A stretch of DNA of 64,000 bases, taken from NCBI GenBank assembly GCA_043228905.1, contig JBHGNT010000007.1, positions 310,001-374,000 of the forward strand, read 5' to 3'. This stretch comes from Azolla caroliniana (Eukaryota; Plantae; Polypodiophyta). Of the stretch, positions 15,060-26,635 are shown one piece after another. A program made the translations under genes and the position numbers. The notes below the pieces were generated by a model that had not been told where the DNA came from, ran no database searches, and saw only the letters and a list, made by a program, of their open reading frames with translations. Position 1 is the stretch's first letter, and every line of letters starts with the position of its first letter.

Positions 15060-17999
15060 ATGCTGCACAGCTCAAATCCACCCAAAAGGAATGCTCTCAA
15101 GTTTAGTACTTTTCCTTCATCTTCTACAAGCTTTCTATGGACACAGAGGAAAGCAGAAGCAGAACAACAGGTCTATGATCTTGATCAATTTCTTTGCAAT
15201 CATAACGCAGTCTCTCTGTCACATCATTTACAATGGTGTGGAAGAAACAAGGATTTACAGCATGGTAGATATGCCCATAGCTTCATTATTACGCACAGTT
15301 TTGATGCCATCTCTGTTCTATATGTCAGTCTTGTACAAATGTATGGAAAATGTGCATCAATGGATGATGCAATAAAGGTTTTCTTTGACTGTCGAACAAA
15401 AGATTTGGACATATGGAATGCTTTCCTTGAGGTCCTTTCACGACAAGGTGCATTTGAAGAGATGCTCAAGAACTATGATCGGATGCGCCAAGAATGCATT
15501 GTCCCAGACAGGTCCACATTTATGCACCTTCTTTCATTGAGTTTCAACCATTTAACCCTTGCAGAATGTAAGCAAATACATGTGTTTATCATTGAAATTG
15601 GATGTAACAAAGATGTGGTTGTGGGTACTTCTCTTCTTAACATGTATGGAAGAGGTGGAAACTTCGAGGAAGCAAAGAAAGCGTTCCAGACCATGCCCTC
15701 TCGGAATTTGGTTACTTGGACAACAATGATATCCATATGTGCTCGATGTTGTCAAGGAAAGGAATCCATGTCTGTTTTTGAATCGATGCTCAGGGAAGGG
15801 ATTGAACCTGATGAGGTCACATTCATCAACCTTCTTGCATCATGTTCTAGCCAATCAATGATTTTACAAGGTCAAAGAATACATGAGTTAGTAATCCGAC
15901 AAGGCTTCGAGAAAGATGTTAGAATTGTGAACGCTCTCATCAATCTTTATGGTAAATGTGGGAATGTGAAGAATGCTCACAAAGTGTTTGATTCAGTTCA
16001 GATTAAAGATATAATTTCATGGACTTCTTTGGTCACCATTTATGCTGACCATGGAGAGCATGTTGAGGTCTTAGGGCTTTTTAATCGCTTGCAAAAAGAA
16101 GGGCATTCACCAAACAAAGTTACTTTCGTAAGTGTGCTTGCTATGTTTGATTGTAATGAAGTCTTGCCAACCGGACGTTACATCCATAACTACATCATAA
16201 CCAAGGGTTTAGATGGAGATGTTATCATTGCTAATTCTCTTATCAATATGTATAATAAATGTAGTACTGTGGAGGAAACCAAACAAATTTTCCACAAAAT
16301 GATGAATCGGAATGTGATATCGTGGACTTTAATGATAGGAATACATGCCAAAGAAGGTCACATGAATGACGCACTGGAAGCATTTTTATGTATGCAAGAG
16401 GACGGGATTGTCCCCAATAAAGTCACTTTCGTAAATATGATTGAGGCATGTGCAAGCCAAGCTGCCTTTAGAGAAGGGAAGTGTATGCATAAATGCATCA
16501 TTTGCATGAGATTTGAATTGGACGTCTCCATAGAGACAGCTCTTCTCAAAATGTATGGTATATGTGGGAGCTATATGGATGCTTGGGATGTGTTTGATCA
16601 AATGGTTGACCGAGATGTACTATCGTGGAATACTATTATTGCCCTGTATGTGAATTATGGGCATGGCAACATGGCATTGCATCTTTTCCAACTAATGCTG
16701 GGGCAAGGAGTTTTACCTAATGAAGCTACGTATGGATTTCTTCTTGTTGCATGTACTGGCATAATTTCAGTGTCAGATGGTATTGAAATACATGCTCAAA
16801 TCCAAGGCAGTGTGGAGATTGAGCCTAATGTTGTTAGCAATACCAACTTACTTAATATGTATAGCAAGTGTGGGTGTCTGGAAAAGTCATGTACATTGTT
16901 TGATAAGATGGTTGAGAAAAATATATTCTCTTGGACTGCAATGATTGCTGCATATGGAGAAAATGGAGACAGTAAAAGCGCTTTCCGTCTTTGTGCACAA
17001 ATGCTTCAAGAATCTGTGTTGCCAAATGAAGTCACTTGGATTAGCCTAATAATGGCTTGCAATGATCAAGTGGTGGAGGGCAAAAGGATCCATGCTGGCA
17101 TCCTTCATGGTGAATCTAATGCAAAGATAGCTTTGGGAAATGCTATCATCAACATGTACAGCAAATGGGGTGACATAGATCATGCACAACAGACATTTGA
17201 TGGCATGTATGAAAAAAATGTAGTTTCTTGGAGTGGAATGATTTCACTGTATGCCCAGAATAGCCAAGGAAATGTAGCTATGCAACTCTTCGAGCAAATG
17301 CAGGAGAAGGGTACATCACCCAATGAAATCACTTTAGTCACTCTTCTAAGTATGTGTGTTAATCAGACTTATCTGACAGAAGGCCAGAGAATGCATACAT
17401 TTATACTGGAAAACAAAGTAGCTTCAAGTACCTTATTAGGAAACTGTTTGGTGAACATGTATGGGAAGTGTGGGAATATTTTAGGTGCGTGGGAGATATT
17501 TTGGAATATGGATGAGAAAGATAAAATGACATGGAATGTGATGATAGGAGCATGTGCTGAGCATGGGCAGGGTCGAGAGGCTCTTGCTCTTGTCAAGCAA
17601 ATGATGGAAGAGAATACACCACCAGATGATGACAGTTTTGTCAATCTCTTATCTGCATGTAGCCATTCAGGTCAAGTTACCGATGGTTGGGAGTGTTTTG
17701 TTTTCTTGAAGGAATATTATTGTACTAATTCTGATCATTGTGCTTGTGTTATCGATTTATTTGGTAGGGCTGGGTTGTTAAAAGAGGCAGAGAATATGAT
17801 GTACCATTGTCCTGTTCAACCGACAATCATGTCATTCATGTCAATGCTTAGTTCTTGTCGATACCAAGGGGATGTAATTCGAGGAGAATGTGCTGCAAAC
17901 CATGTTCTGGAGCTGAATATGAAAAGCACTGCACCTTTTTACATGTTGAAGTGTATCTATTCCATTGCAGATGAATATGAATCATCTGCTATGCCATAG
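15060..17999 (+). CDS. Intronless PLS-class pentatricopeptide repeat protein, E subgroup (no DYW); probable organellar RNA-editing factor
   Basis: 987-codon ORF (first ATG 15060) with repeated P-L-S triplets (N.LI.MY.KCG, ..SW..MI..Y, P..VTF..LL.AC), S2/E motifs (LLSACSHSG, CVIDLFGRAG, LSSCR), Ser-rich N-terminus resembling a transit peptide. Ends before the PG box/DYW. Confidence 0.95.
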   Translation: MLHSSNPPKRNALKFSTFPSSSTSFLWTQRKAEAEQQVYDLDQFLCNHNAVSLSHHLQWCGRNKDLQHGRYAHSFIITHSFDAISVLYVSLVQMYGKCASMDDAIKVFFDCRTKDLDIWNAFLEVLSRQGAFEEMLKNYDRMRQECIVPDRSTFMHLLSLSFNHLTLAECKQIHVFIIEIGCNKDVVVGTSLLNMYGRGGNFEEAKKAFQTMPSRNLVTWTTMISICARCCQGKESMSVFESMLREGIEPDEVTFINLLASCSSQSMILQGQRIHELVIRQGFEKDVRIVNALINLYGKCGNVKNAHKVFDSVQIKDIISWTSLVTIYADHGEHVEVLGLFNRLQKEGHSPNKVTFVSVLAMFDCNEVLPTGRYIHNYIITKGLDGDVIIANSLINMYNKCSTVEETKQIFHKMMNRNVISWTLMIGIHAKEGHMNDALEAFLCMQEDGIVPNKVTFVNMIEACASQAAFREGKCMHKCIICMRFELDVSIETALLKMYGICGSYMDAWDVFDQMVDRDVLSWNTIIALYVNYGHGNMALHLFQLMLGQGVLPNEATYGFLLVACTGIISVSDGIEIHAQIQGSVEIEPNVVSNTNLLNMYSKCGCLEKSCTLFDKMVEKNIFSWTAMIAAYGENGDSKSAFRLCAQMLQESVLPNEVTWISLIMACNDQVVEGKRIHAGILHGESNAKIALGNAIINMYSKWGDIDHAQQTFDGMYEKNVVSWSGMISLYAQNSQGNVAMQLFEQMQEKGTSPNEITLVTLLSMCVNQTYLTEGQRMHTFILENKVASSTLLGNCLVNMYGKCGNILGAWEIFWNMDEKDKMTWNVMIGACAEHGQGREALALVKQMMEENTPPDDDSFVNLLSACSHSGQVTDGWECFVFLKEYYCTNSDHCACVIDLFGRAGLLKEAENMMYHCPVQPTIMSFMSMLSSCRYQGDVIRGECAANHVLELNMKSTAPFYMLKCIYSIADEYESSAMP

Positions 18000-18029
18000 G
18001 TTTCCTAAAAGGATGCAAAGGCAACAAAA

Positions 18030-18127
18030 TTGTGTGCTTTGCTAAGCATGTCCTTGATCTGGATATGAAGAACAATGCACCTTTCTATATGCTGAAGTGC
18101 ATCTATTCTTTTGCTGATGAATACTGA
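18030..18127 (+). pseudogene. Duplicated PPR E2 C-terminal segment just downstream of the stop codon
   Basis: Encodes AKHVLDLDMKNNAPFYMLKCIYSFADEY*, versus ANHVLELNMKSTAPFYMLKCIYSIADEY in the gene (about 17893-17978). Different frame from the main ORF. Confidence 0.8.
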
Positions 18128-19171
18128 ATGATGACAAACAATTGCAGCATTTCGTGACTGTGCCAGTAGACATAGATGGACAACATAGTTTTAATTGCAG
18201 TAGTGCCAATTACAGGAATTATCCAAGCTAACTCTGTGAAAGCCTATCTCAATACATTTGGCCCTACGGATGTGGCAATAATGTGGTGGTGATCTGTCGA
18301 GAATGTGGCCCCATGTGGGTTGCATGGCATAGTAATGCAAGACATAACACGCATACATGAAGTTGTGATCTCATAGTTGCATGGTTGGGTCATTTCTTTG
18401 TTGTGTTTGTATATGAAATCAAGCTCTTCATGGTAAGGGAAGAATTAGTGGATTATGAAATGTTCCATGCACTCATGTTCCCTTTGCTTCTGGGTGAGGA
18501 ATTTACAGCAATATGCTTGATAATGGTGCAAAATCATTTGCCACTGAATGTGCAAGCGTGCACATAAAACCCAGAACCTCAAAAGCAAGACTCAATAAAA
18601 AATAGCATGTCTTGCCAGGTGAAAATATAATGGTTGTATTACTTAAAAGGTCTAGACAAGAAATAATACTACAATCCCGTACTAATCTAAACCCTAAACC
18701 CTAAACCTTTTATGATTCACACAATTATCCTCGTCATCATAGGCGAAACAAATCAGTTGAATAGATGAGATGGAAACTAGATTCAATCTCATTACACAAT
18801 TTATGAACAGACATTGATATTAAACAAGATGGTCCTACTTTAAGTTGATACACAATTGATCAACCTACTTTCCATGAATTAAGTTCCTAGTCAAACAATG
18901 AAACACCATTGTCAAGAATCTTAATGATTCCCCTCACGATGGCACAATAGTCATTAAATTTTTAATGATTTAACCATTCATTGCCTGATGGCATATCAAC
19001 TTCTCTCAATTGTATGAGGATGGAAAATGAACTTCAGGGAAATTCTCATATGAACTAGTATAGATGAAACAATATAATTATGATTAAAGATTCACCTTAG
19101 TATTAATGGAAAGATGTCCAAAGGCTACAAAGAACTTGTAAATAATTATGTAGTACATAAATAGATTAGAG

Positions 19172-19172
<1 letters not shown>

Positions 19173-19222
<50 letters not shown>
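19173..19222. repeat. (TG)n(AG)n compound microsatellite
   Basis: Directly visible. Confidence 0.95.
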
Positions 19223-19423
19223 CCCAGATGGATGTAGCTTAGTTGGTAAGGTTGCCCAATGGAGACCAGGTGGTCATGGGTTCAACCCCTACATTCCACA
19301 GTGGCATCTAGTGAAATAGAGATATATATGAAGTACATAATAGAGAAGTGAGGGAATTGGGTTTCAAACCCAAGACACAATGCTTGTAGTGTTATCGACT
19401 TACCACTAGGGTAAGCTAATTAC
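19222..19423 (+). mobile_element. tRNA-derived SINE-like repeat with two convergent tRNA-like heads (copy A)
   Basis: A box TAGCTTAGTTGG (19235) and B box GGTTCAACCC (19279). A second A/B-box module lies on the - strand at 19357-19420. Flanked by (GA)n; a close copy is at 49995-50202. Confidence 0.75.
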
Positions 19424-19489
19424 AAAAAAGAGAGAGAGAAAGAAAGAAACAAGAAGGCATTACAAAACATTTTACAACCTATTCTGTTC

Positions 19490-20740
19490 ATGTTGTGGCA
19501 GAAGGGAGAAATGATGGAGATACATGGATTTCATGGGACCATCTGCCTACTCCCAAAAGGTTAGGTGGTGCAACAATATTGGATTTGGAAAGGCATTTGA
19601 TGGCTTGTAGATTTGCATTATTACGAGATATATGTCAATAAGATCAACCCTGGATATACTCAATGGAAGTATTCCTCTAAAGATTCAACATTTTGTATGT
19701 GGACAACATTTGGTAAGATCGTGGCAAGATGCATTATCTCTTTTTGAATGGGGACCATCAAGTGATCGAGAATATTGTAATTCATTACAAAATGAAATGT
19801 TTGTTTCTTCTCGAGTGTTGTTTTGGCATGGGAAAGAGAAGTTGAGATCTCAATTCAATTGTTTATTTCGATTGGGGATTGTACATTTGGAAGATGTGGT
19901 TAATAATGAATATGAAAGGTTGTCGGATTTTGAAGATGCCAAGCGATGGTTATGAATTCCCCCAAATTATGGATTTATTTGGGAGAAATTACAAGATAGA
20001 CCATTGTTGCAAGGATCTTTGCCATTGAAAACAAATTTTGCACCTTGGGTGGATTGGCGGTTACAATATGGTACACGCTTGTTACAGGTCACTACAAATA
20101 TATTGTATCATCATGCAATGTCATCATTATCTTGGCTATCTCCTAAAGTAGCGAAGTTGTGGAATGAATGTAAGTCAAATGCAAGGTGGTGAAAAATATT
20201 ACAACGTAGTTGGCATTCCCATCTACAATTTCGTGCAAAGGTATTCATATGGAGAGTCATGATTGATGGGCTCCCATTAGGTTCAACCTTAAAGAGATGA
20301 GGACTAGGGTCCGGCACTTGTTTCTTTTGCATCGTTTCATTGGAGAATAGTACACATAGGTTCATTAAATGTCCTATAGTGTGTACCATTTGGAAGTACT
20401 TATCGGATATTTGGCAAGTTTTAACCCGTTGTTGTTTGACACCTCAACAATGGGTTTTTTCTCAATATGTTCAAAATGCTTCAAACGATGAGATGACATG
20501 TTGTTCCAATTTTTACGTTATTGGGGTCTACAACACAATTGGAATATGCGTAATGCTTTCATGTTCGATAATAGACATGGGGTGAAAGCCTATATAAAGA
20601 AGCTTAAAGGTATTCTCATGTGGAATTTTTGGATGTTAGAGCATGTGGGGATCATTCCCTCAAATGCATATTCAGGTTTTTTAATAGCAATACAAAACGT
20701 TCCTCCCCTTAATAGGCATATGATAGGTAGAGGAGACTAA
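19490..20740 (+). mobile_element. L1-type LINE ORF2 3' fragment (decayed)
   Basis: WISWDHLPTPKRLGG motif (~19525-19570) and zf-RVT KVFIWRVMIDGLP...CFFC....ENSTHRFIKCPIVCTIW (~20240-20395), with stops and frameshifts. Confidence 0.8.
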
Positions 20741-20744
20741 GAAG

Positions 20745-21183
20745 TGTTGTAACTAAGTGGATTTTACATACAATTAATATAATTAATTGTGTGCTTTTAC
20801 CAAAAAAGAGAGAGAGAGAAGAGAGACACAACACACACAAAAATAGAATTGTATATTCACAAGAATAAGAATAATAACCAACAATTACAAAAGAGAGAGG
20901 AGAGTGCTTCACTGCTTTATATCTAAAGCCACACACACTCTCTCTACATTTTATCACTATAATGCCCACTCTCTTTAGGATCTTGGGAAATGGGTAACCT
21001 CTTAAGTAACTCATAACTAATGTGTCATAGGAGTTACATCCTATGACACATAGTTATGTTACAAGGTGGTGGTGTGTTCACACACATTACCTATTCTCAA
21101 GGTGTGTTCACATGCTAGTTGAGTTTGACTCTCAATAGAACTCATACAAGAAAACATAACCATCATACCCTAATCAACCAACA
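20745..21183 (-). mobile_element. LTR-like segment (TGTTG...CAACA)
   Basis: 5-bp terminal inverted ends, TATAAAG on the - strand near 20920, internal hairpin. No matching TSD. Confidence 0.4.
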
Positions 21184-21396
21184 TGTCAAATAACAAAAGC
21201 CCTCAAGCAACTACCTTAGAAACTACATTTGCACATCTAAAATCGGGGTCCAAAATTCTCAACATTCTTTTCCAAACTGCTCTAACAATAGGACATACCC
21301 ATAAGACATGGCGAACTGATCCAATAGGGAAACCACAACTATCACATTGTAAATCATGGCAATGCCCCCACATCCATGACTTTACGAGAATCCCAT
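21184..21396 (-). mobile_element. L1-type LINE zf-RVT fragment, distal half (split by the gypsy insertion)
   Basis: Removing 21397-27109 restores KVVLFRWLLVHYG|ILVKSWMWGHCHDLQCDSCGFPIGSVRHVLWVCPIVRAVW in one frame. Confidence 0.8.
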
Positions 21397-21819
21397 TATC
21401 AGGAACAATACTAAGACAGAGAAGGAATTAGTACTAAAAGATGAGGATTAGTACTAAGAGAGGTGTAGAACTCTCGAGAGAAGGAAAGAGAGGGAGAGAG
21501 AGTGAGAGAGAGAGAGACAATGATGATAACAAAAGATATATATTATGTGAAGAGAATATACATTAGTAGCTAGGAGACTTAAGACTAGTGTTGAACTGAT
21601 TTTGTTCGAAATAATGCCTTGTGCCTCCTTTTATAGTGTTCTTAGGAGTACTCCTGAAGTTTCTAGAATGTTCTAGAGAAATCTGGAATATACATCAATT
21701 TTCTATAGTAAAACTTAAATGAAAATAATATCTTTTATATTACAATATATAGTCTAATGGTCAAGAGCTCGACCCGTGTGACTTAAGGTCATGGGTTTGA
21801 GTCTTGCCATATCATGACA
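21397..21819 (-). repeat. 3' LTR of the chromovirus
   Basis: Aligns end to end with 26636-27104; left end mutated from TG to TA. Confidence 0.95.
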
Positions 21820-24622
21820 CTATCCCCCTTTAAAAACAAGGAGTGTCACGAGTCGTTTTGGGTTGAGGACCCGGTTTGTCTGGATATTGACGATGGAAGT
21901 CTTCAAGAAGAGCACGAGCATTGGTCACATTCTCTATTAGTTCCCAGGTACGCTCGTTGGGACTATATCCTAGCCAATCGACTAAATTATAGAGCTTGTT
22001 GCGAACAATCTTGGAATAGAGGATAGCGGCAACCTCGTACTCAAGTCCATCTTCAAGTTCGATCAGGGGTGGAGGTTGTTTAATACGACCTAGGATGGTG
22101 CTGTCTTGATAGGGTTCGAGGAGAGAACTATGAAACACCGGATGTATCCGAAGTTGTGGAGGTAGATCGAGACGAAAAGTGACATCATTAATTTTTCTGA
22201 TAATACGGAAAGGACCTAGTTGTCGATAATCCAACTTCTCACATGGGCGAGTACTCTTGATGTGTCGTCATAGTAGCAATACTCGATCTCCAATGTTAAA
22301 ACTAGATGGAAGCCGATGACGAACTGTGTAAACCTTGTGTGTTTGTTGAGCTTGCTGTAGATGAGTAGATAAATCTGCTTGTATCTTGCGTAACCACTCC
22401 AAACGATCCTCTACGCAAGGATTTGTGGGTAACTCTAGGGTTTCAAATACACACCACCGAGGGTGACAACCCGTATAAGCATAAAATGATGTAACCTTTG
22501 TCAATGAGTGGACAGAGTTATTATATGCAAATTCGGCGAAGTGGAGAATATCCGCCTAGTCATCTTGATGATAGCTTAGAAAGCACCGAAGATACAGCTC
22601 AAGCGTTTCATTTGTTCGTTCTGCTTGGCCGTTTGTTTATGGGTGATAGCCGGAGGAGAGGTTACAAGTGACCTTGAGCATATTAAAGAGCTGCTTCCAG
22701 AATTTCGAGACGAACTGAGTCCACGGTCACTGATGATACTATCGAGAAGGCCATGATGCCAACATACTTCACGCACGACAATTTCAGCGGTTTCCTCACT
22801 AGAGATTTCCTTAGAGAAATGGGCCATCTTTGTATATCGAGGTACTACTGTTAAGATTGCATTGAATCACTTAGAGACCGGAAGATTTGTGATGAAATCT
22901 AGAGCAATGGATTCTCAAGGCTAGCTTGGAATTGGTAATGGTTCTAATAAACCATATGGATTATGCATTGGCATTTTTGCTCTGCAACATGTATCACAAG
23001 TCCGAACAAAATCTTCGACAAATTGTCGCATATGGGGGCACCAGAATGATTGTTGTACTAAATCTAATGTTTTAGTAAGTCTACCAAAATGCCCAGATGT
23101 ATATGTGTCATGATAGTTTTGGACTAATCGAAGGTGACAAGAACCATTAGGAACATACAAGAGTTTCTTAAAGAATAGTAATCCATCACGACATTCGAAT
23201 TGTCGATAGTCCGTACCTGGTTGTTGCGACTAGGAACAAGATGCCCGAGAGGGATCAATTTGTGTTAGAATGGCTTGGGCAAAAGCATTTGTCTTTAAGT
23301 CCTCACGTATGGTATCGATAACGTGGGAATTCAAGGGCATACCGAAGACCTGCGTTGCTTGCAGTCGCGATGGTCCCAGGATTACTTGCTTTTGGTTATC
23401 GAAAGTTGGCTCGCCAGGACGCGGTGCTAGATACCAGTGCCGTGATAATGCATCTGCCTTCCCTTGTTGCTTCCCCGAACGATATGTAATTTTGAAGTCG
23501 AAACGAGTGAGGAATTGGGCCCACCGAGCTTGAGTTCGTCGATTTAACACACAAGCATTCTAAAAGTAGGCAAGGTTTTTGTGATCACTGAATACGGTGA
23601 CTTGATGAGAAGATCCCTCTAGAAAATGCCTCCATTGCGTAAAAGAATCAACTATTGCTAATAGCGCCTTATCATGAATTTCATAGTTGATTTCAGCGCC
23701 CTCAAACTTGCGTCAGTGGAAAGCCACAAGATGTAGCTTTTCATCATCACCTTGTTCTGAAAGAATGCTACCCAAGGCGAAATCCGATGCGTCTACTTCA
23801 ATGATGAATGGTTTTTCTAGATGAACATGAGCTAGAATAGGAGCTTATGTAAATGCCTTCTTAAGACTCTCAAAAGCCATGTCTGATTCTTCAGACCAAA
23901 CGAACGATTGTCCCTTCCTAGTAAGTTATGTGAGAGGTAGAACAAGCTTTGAGTAATCCTGTATAAACTTGCGGTAGAAATTGGGAAAGCCTAAAAAACA
24001 TTGCACGTCTCGTAATGAACGCGGATTCTACCACTCTACCACCATTTTGACCTTAGCTGGATCCATGGAGATGCCTTCCGAGGAAATGACATAGCCTAGA
24101 AATTCTACCTGGTTGCACTCGAAACTACATTTTTCCAGCTTTGCATAAAGACCATGTTCTTGAAGTCATTTTAGTACTAACGGTACATGAGAATCATGCT
24201 CTTCTTGGGTCTTCAAATAAACCAGTAGATCATCCAAATAGATGATTAAAAAAACATCCAAGAGATCTCTGAATATATCATTTCCCATGTGCTGGAAGAC
24301 TTTGGCGCATTAGTGAGACCGAATGACATGACCATATACTCGAAGTGCCCATATCTGGTGCGAAACGTGGTCTTGAGGAAGTGCTTACCTATTCCTGATG
24401 GTGACCTTATTCAAGCCATGGTAATCTACGACGAGACGAAGTGATCCATCCTTTTTCTTGACGATGAAAACGGGTGCGCCGGTTGGAGATTTCGAATGTC
24501 GAATGAAACCATTTGCTAAATTCTCCTCTATATAGGCTCGAAGGACTTCTAGCTCGATTGGTGACAAATTGTAGATCGGTCCCCATGGTGGCTCTTTTCC
24601 CAGTTGTAAATTGATGGGGCAA

Positions 24623-24858
24623 TCATACGGTCGATGGTGAGGAAGTGTATTGGCTTGTACTTTATCGAACACATCGGCATAATGACGATACTTCTTTGGA
24701 AGTTGAACGATGGACTCCTCTTTAGTGGTGTTGGAGGGTTTCATACGGTCGATGGTGAGGAAGCGTATTGGCTTGTACTTTATCGAACACATCGGCATAA
24801 TGACGATACTTCTTTGGAAGTTGAACGATGGACTCCTCTTTAGTGGTGTTGGAGGGTT
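24623..24858. repeat. 118-bp tandem duplication inside gypsy pol (frameshifting)
   Basis: TCATACGGTCGATGGTGAGG... at 24623 and 24741, one mismatch seen. Confidence 0.95.
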
Positions 24859-26621
24859 TTACTGATACTGCGAACAAAAACATTTCTTTCTTGCGTCCTT
24901 CCTCACACAACTGATGTAGCGAAATGGTTGCAATCTTATGAGTAGATCCTCGGGTTTGTTGATACCGTATTTCTCTTGTTCTCCAATCTATGCCTGGGTT
25001 ATGTAATTCGAACCATGGTAATCCCAAAACAATGGGATGTTTTGGGATACTAATTATATTAAATGATATTACACACGCTAAATTATCTAGGACAATATTA
25101 ACGAGCTCTAACTCTTCTATGATATTTCTGGAAGCAATGGGACGACCATCAATGACTACTACAGAGGCTGGACACGAGAGTTTTCTTAGGGATATTTGAT
25201 GAGCTTGGGCAAAATTCCTATCCATGAAGCAAGAATTAGCTCCAAAATTTAGGAGTGTTGAGACATGTATTGGAGAGGTACTTTTAGTACTAACTGTTAC
25301 TTGGGTTAAGAACACGTTGCTAACTTGCTTAGAGGGAATGGAACCACTAATGGGTTGCACAGATCTAGGGTTGTCGAACCAAACGACTCCTATTTTGGCT
25401 AGACTTAGTCGTTTAACTCTTCTTCTAACTAACTAAGGACATCAAATTTGTTCGATAGATTTGGGCTATTAGTAGTATTAGGACTATCAGATATTCCTAC
25501 TGAAATAGACTCAGGTTTAGTACAATTAGAACTAGCAACTATTTGGTTTACATGTCTTCTTGGCCTATGGGGACAATTCACTGCAATATGCACTGGTCCA
25601 CCGCATTAAAGACATAGTCGATTTGCTCGACGTCGTTGCTTTTCTTCTTCCGATAATGGTCCGCGACGACCTGTAGTGTCAATTTCCATCGGAGTTGGAG
25701 TATTCACGGGAGACGCTTTATATGACTCCCTTGGAAACACTTTTGCTACCACTGAGGCGTAGGTGGGCTCTGGAATTGACGTTTTGAACGTCGTTCGAAA
25801 AGTCAGTTGTCGCATCTCACCACGCGACTGATTGCTTCTGTCAATGACTTTGGTTCTTCGGGGAAGGTCAAGAGTAAATCCTTGACATCGTTACGTAGAC
25901 CATAACGAAATTGCTCCATTAGTGCTTGGTCATCCCAGGGGATATCGGAGGCGAGTAGGCGGAAATCTGCAGCATATGTGGAGGCTGGACGATCACCTTG
26001 ATGTAATCATTGGATTTTGTTGATTGTTATCCTTATGCTGTCAGTATCTCCGAAACAGGCTTTAAACTCACTTAAAAACTCTTCAAAATTGTTTAGTAAA
26101 GGAGATTCCTTTTCTAACAATGGAGCGAACCATGCCAAAGTTGAGCCACTTAACAACGTGCCTACTAAACTCATTCGTGATGCATCGGTGGGATATCGGG
26201 AAGGATGCATTTGAATGACTAATTGTACCTTATTAAGGAATCCTCTAAACTGCAATCGTGTTCCATCGAATTTCATGGGAAGGCCGATCTTGGGTTCTTT
26301 ATGAATCCCTTGCGTACTGGGTCCTTGTTGTTGCATCGCTACTATGGTTGCTTCGAATTGTTGCACGTGTAATGTTAGTTCCCCATGTTGTTGTTGCGTC
26401 TACTGCTTTTCTAAGGAGATTTGTTGAAGATCCCCCAACAACCGTTGATTTTTTTGTTCCAAAGCAAGGAACTTCTCTTTCAAGCATTACAACTCCGAGA
26501 AAACGAATTGATATTCTTGAGCGCTAATAGTGGCCATAGGATGAGAGGAAAGAGGAATAAGATATTAGTATGAAGGGAGGGAAACGTAAGAAGATAAAAG
26601 GAAGATGAGGAAAGAGGTGAG

Positions 26622-26633
26622 AAATCGGTTCAA
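26622..26633 (-). other. Primer-binding site, self-complementary to LTR (not tRNA-type)
   Basis: TTGAACCGATTT on the - strand, 2 nt inside the 5' LTR boundary, is the exact complement of AAATCGGTTCAA at 26887-26876. Confidence 0.8.
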
Positions 26634-26635
26634 AC

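Noticed and set aside
15224-17644. Antisense ORFs within the PPR gene
   Set aside because: Short shadow frames of the long sense ORF.
18688-18707. Interstitial telomere (AAACCCT)n
   Set aside because: Under three units; common telobox-like motif.
19228-19300. Functional tRNA gene
   Set aside because: A and B boxes are present but no convincing anticodon arm, and it is part of a longer dispersed repeat. Treated as SINE-like.
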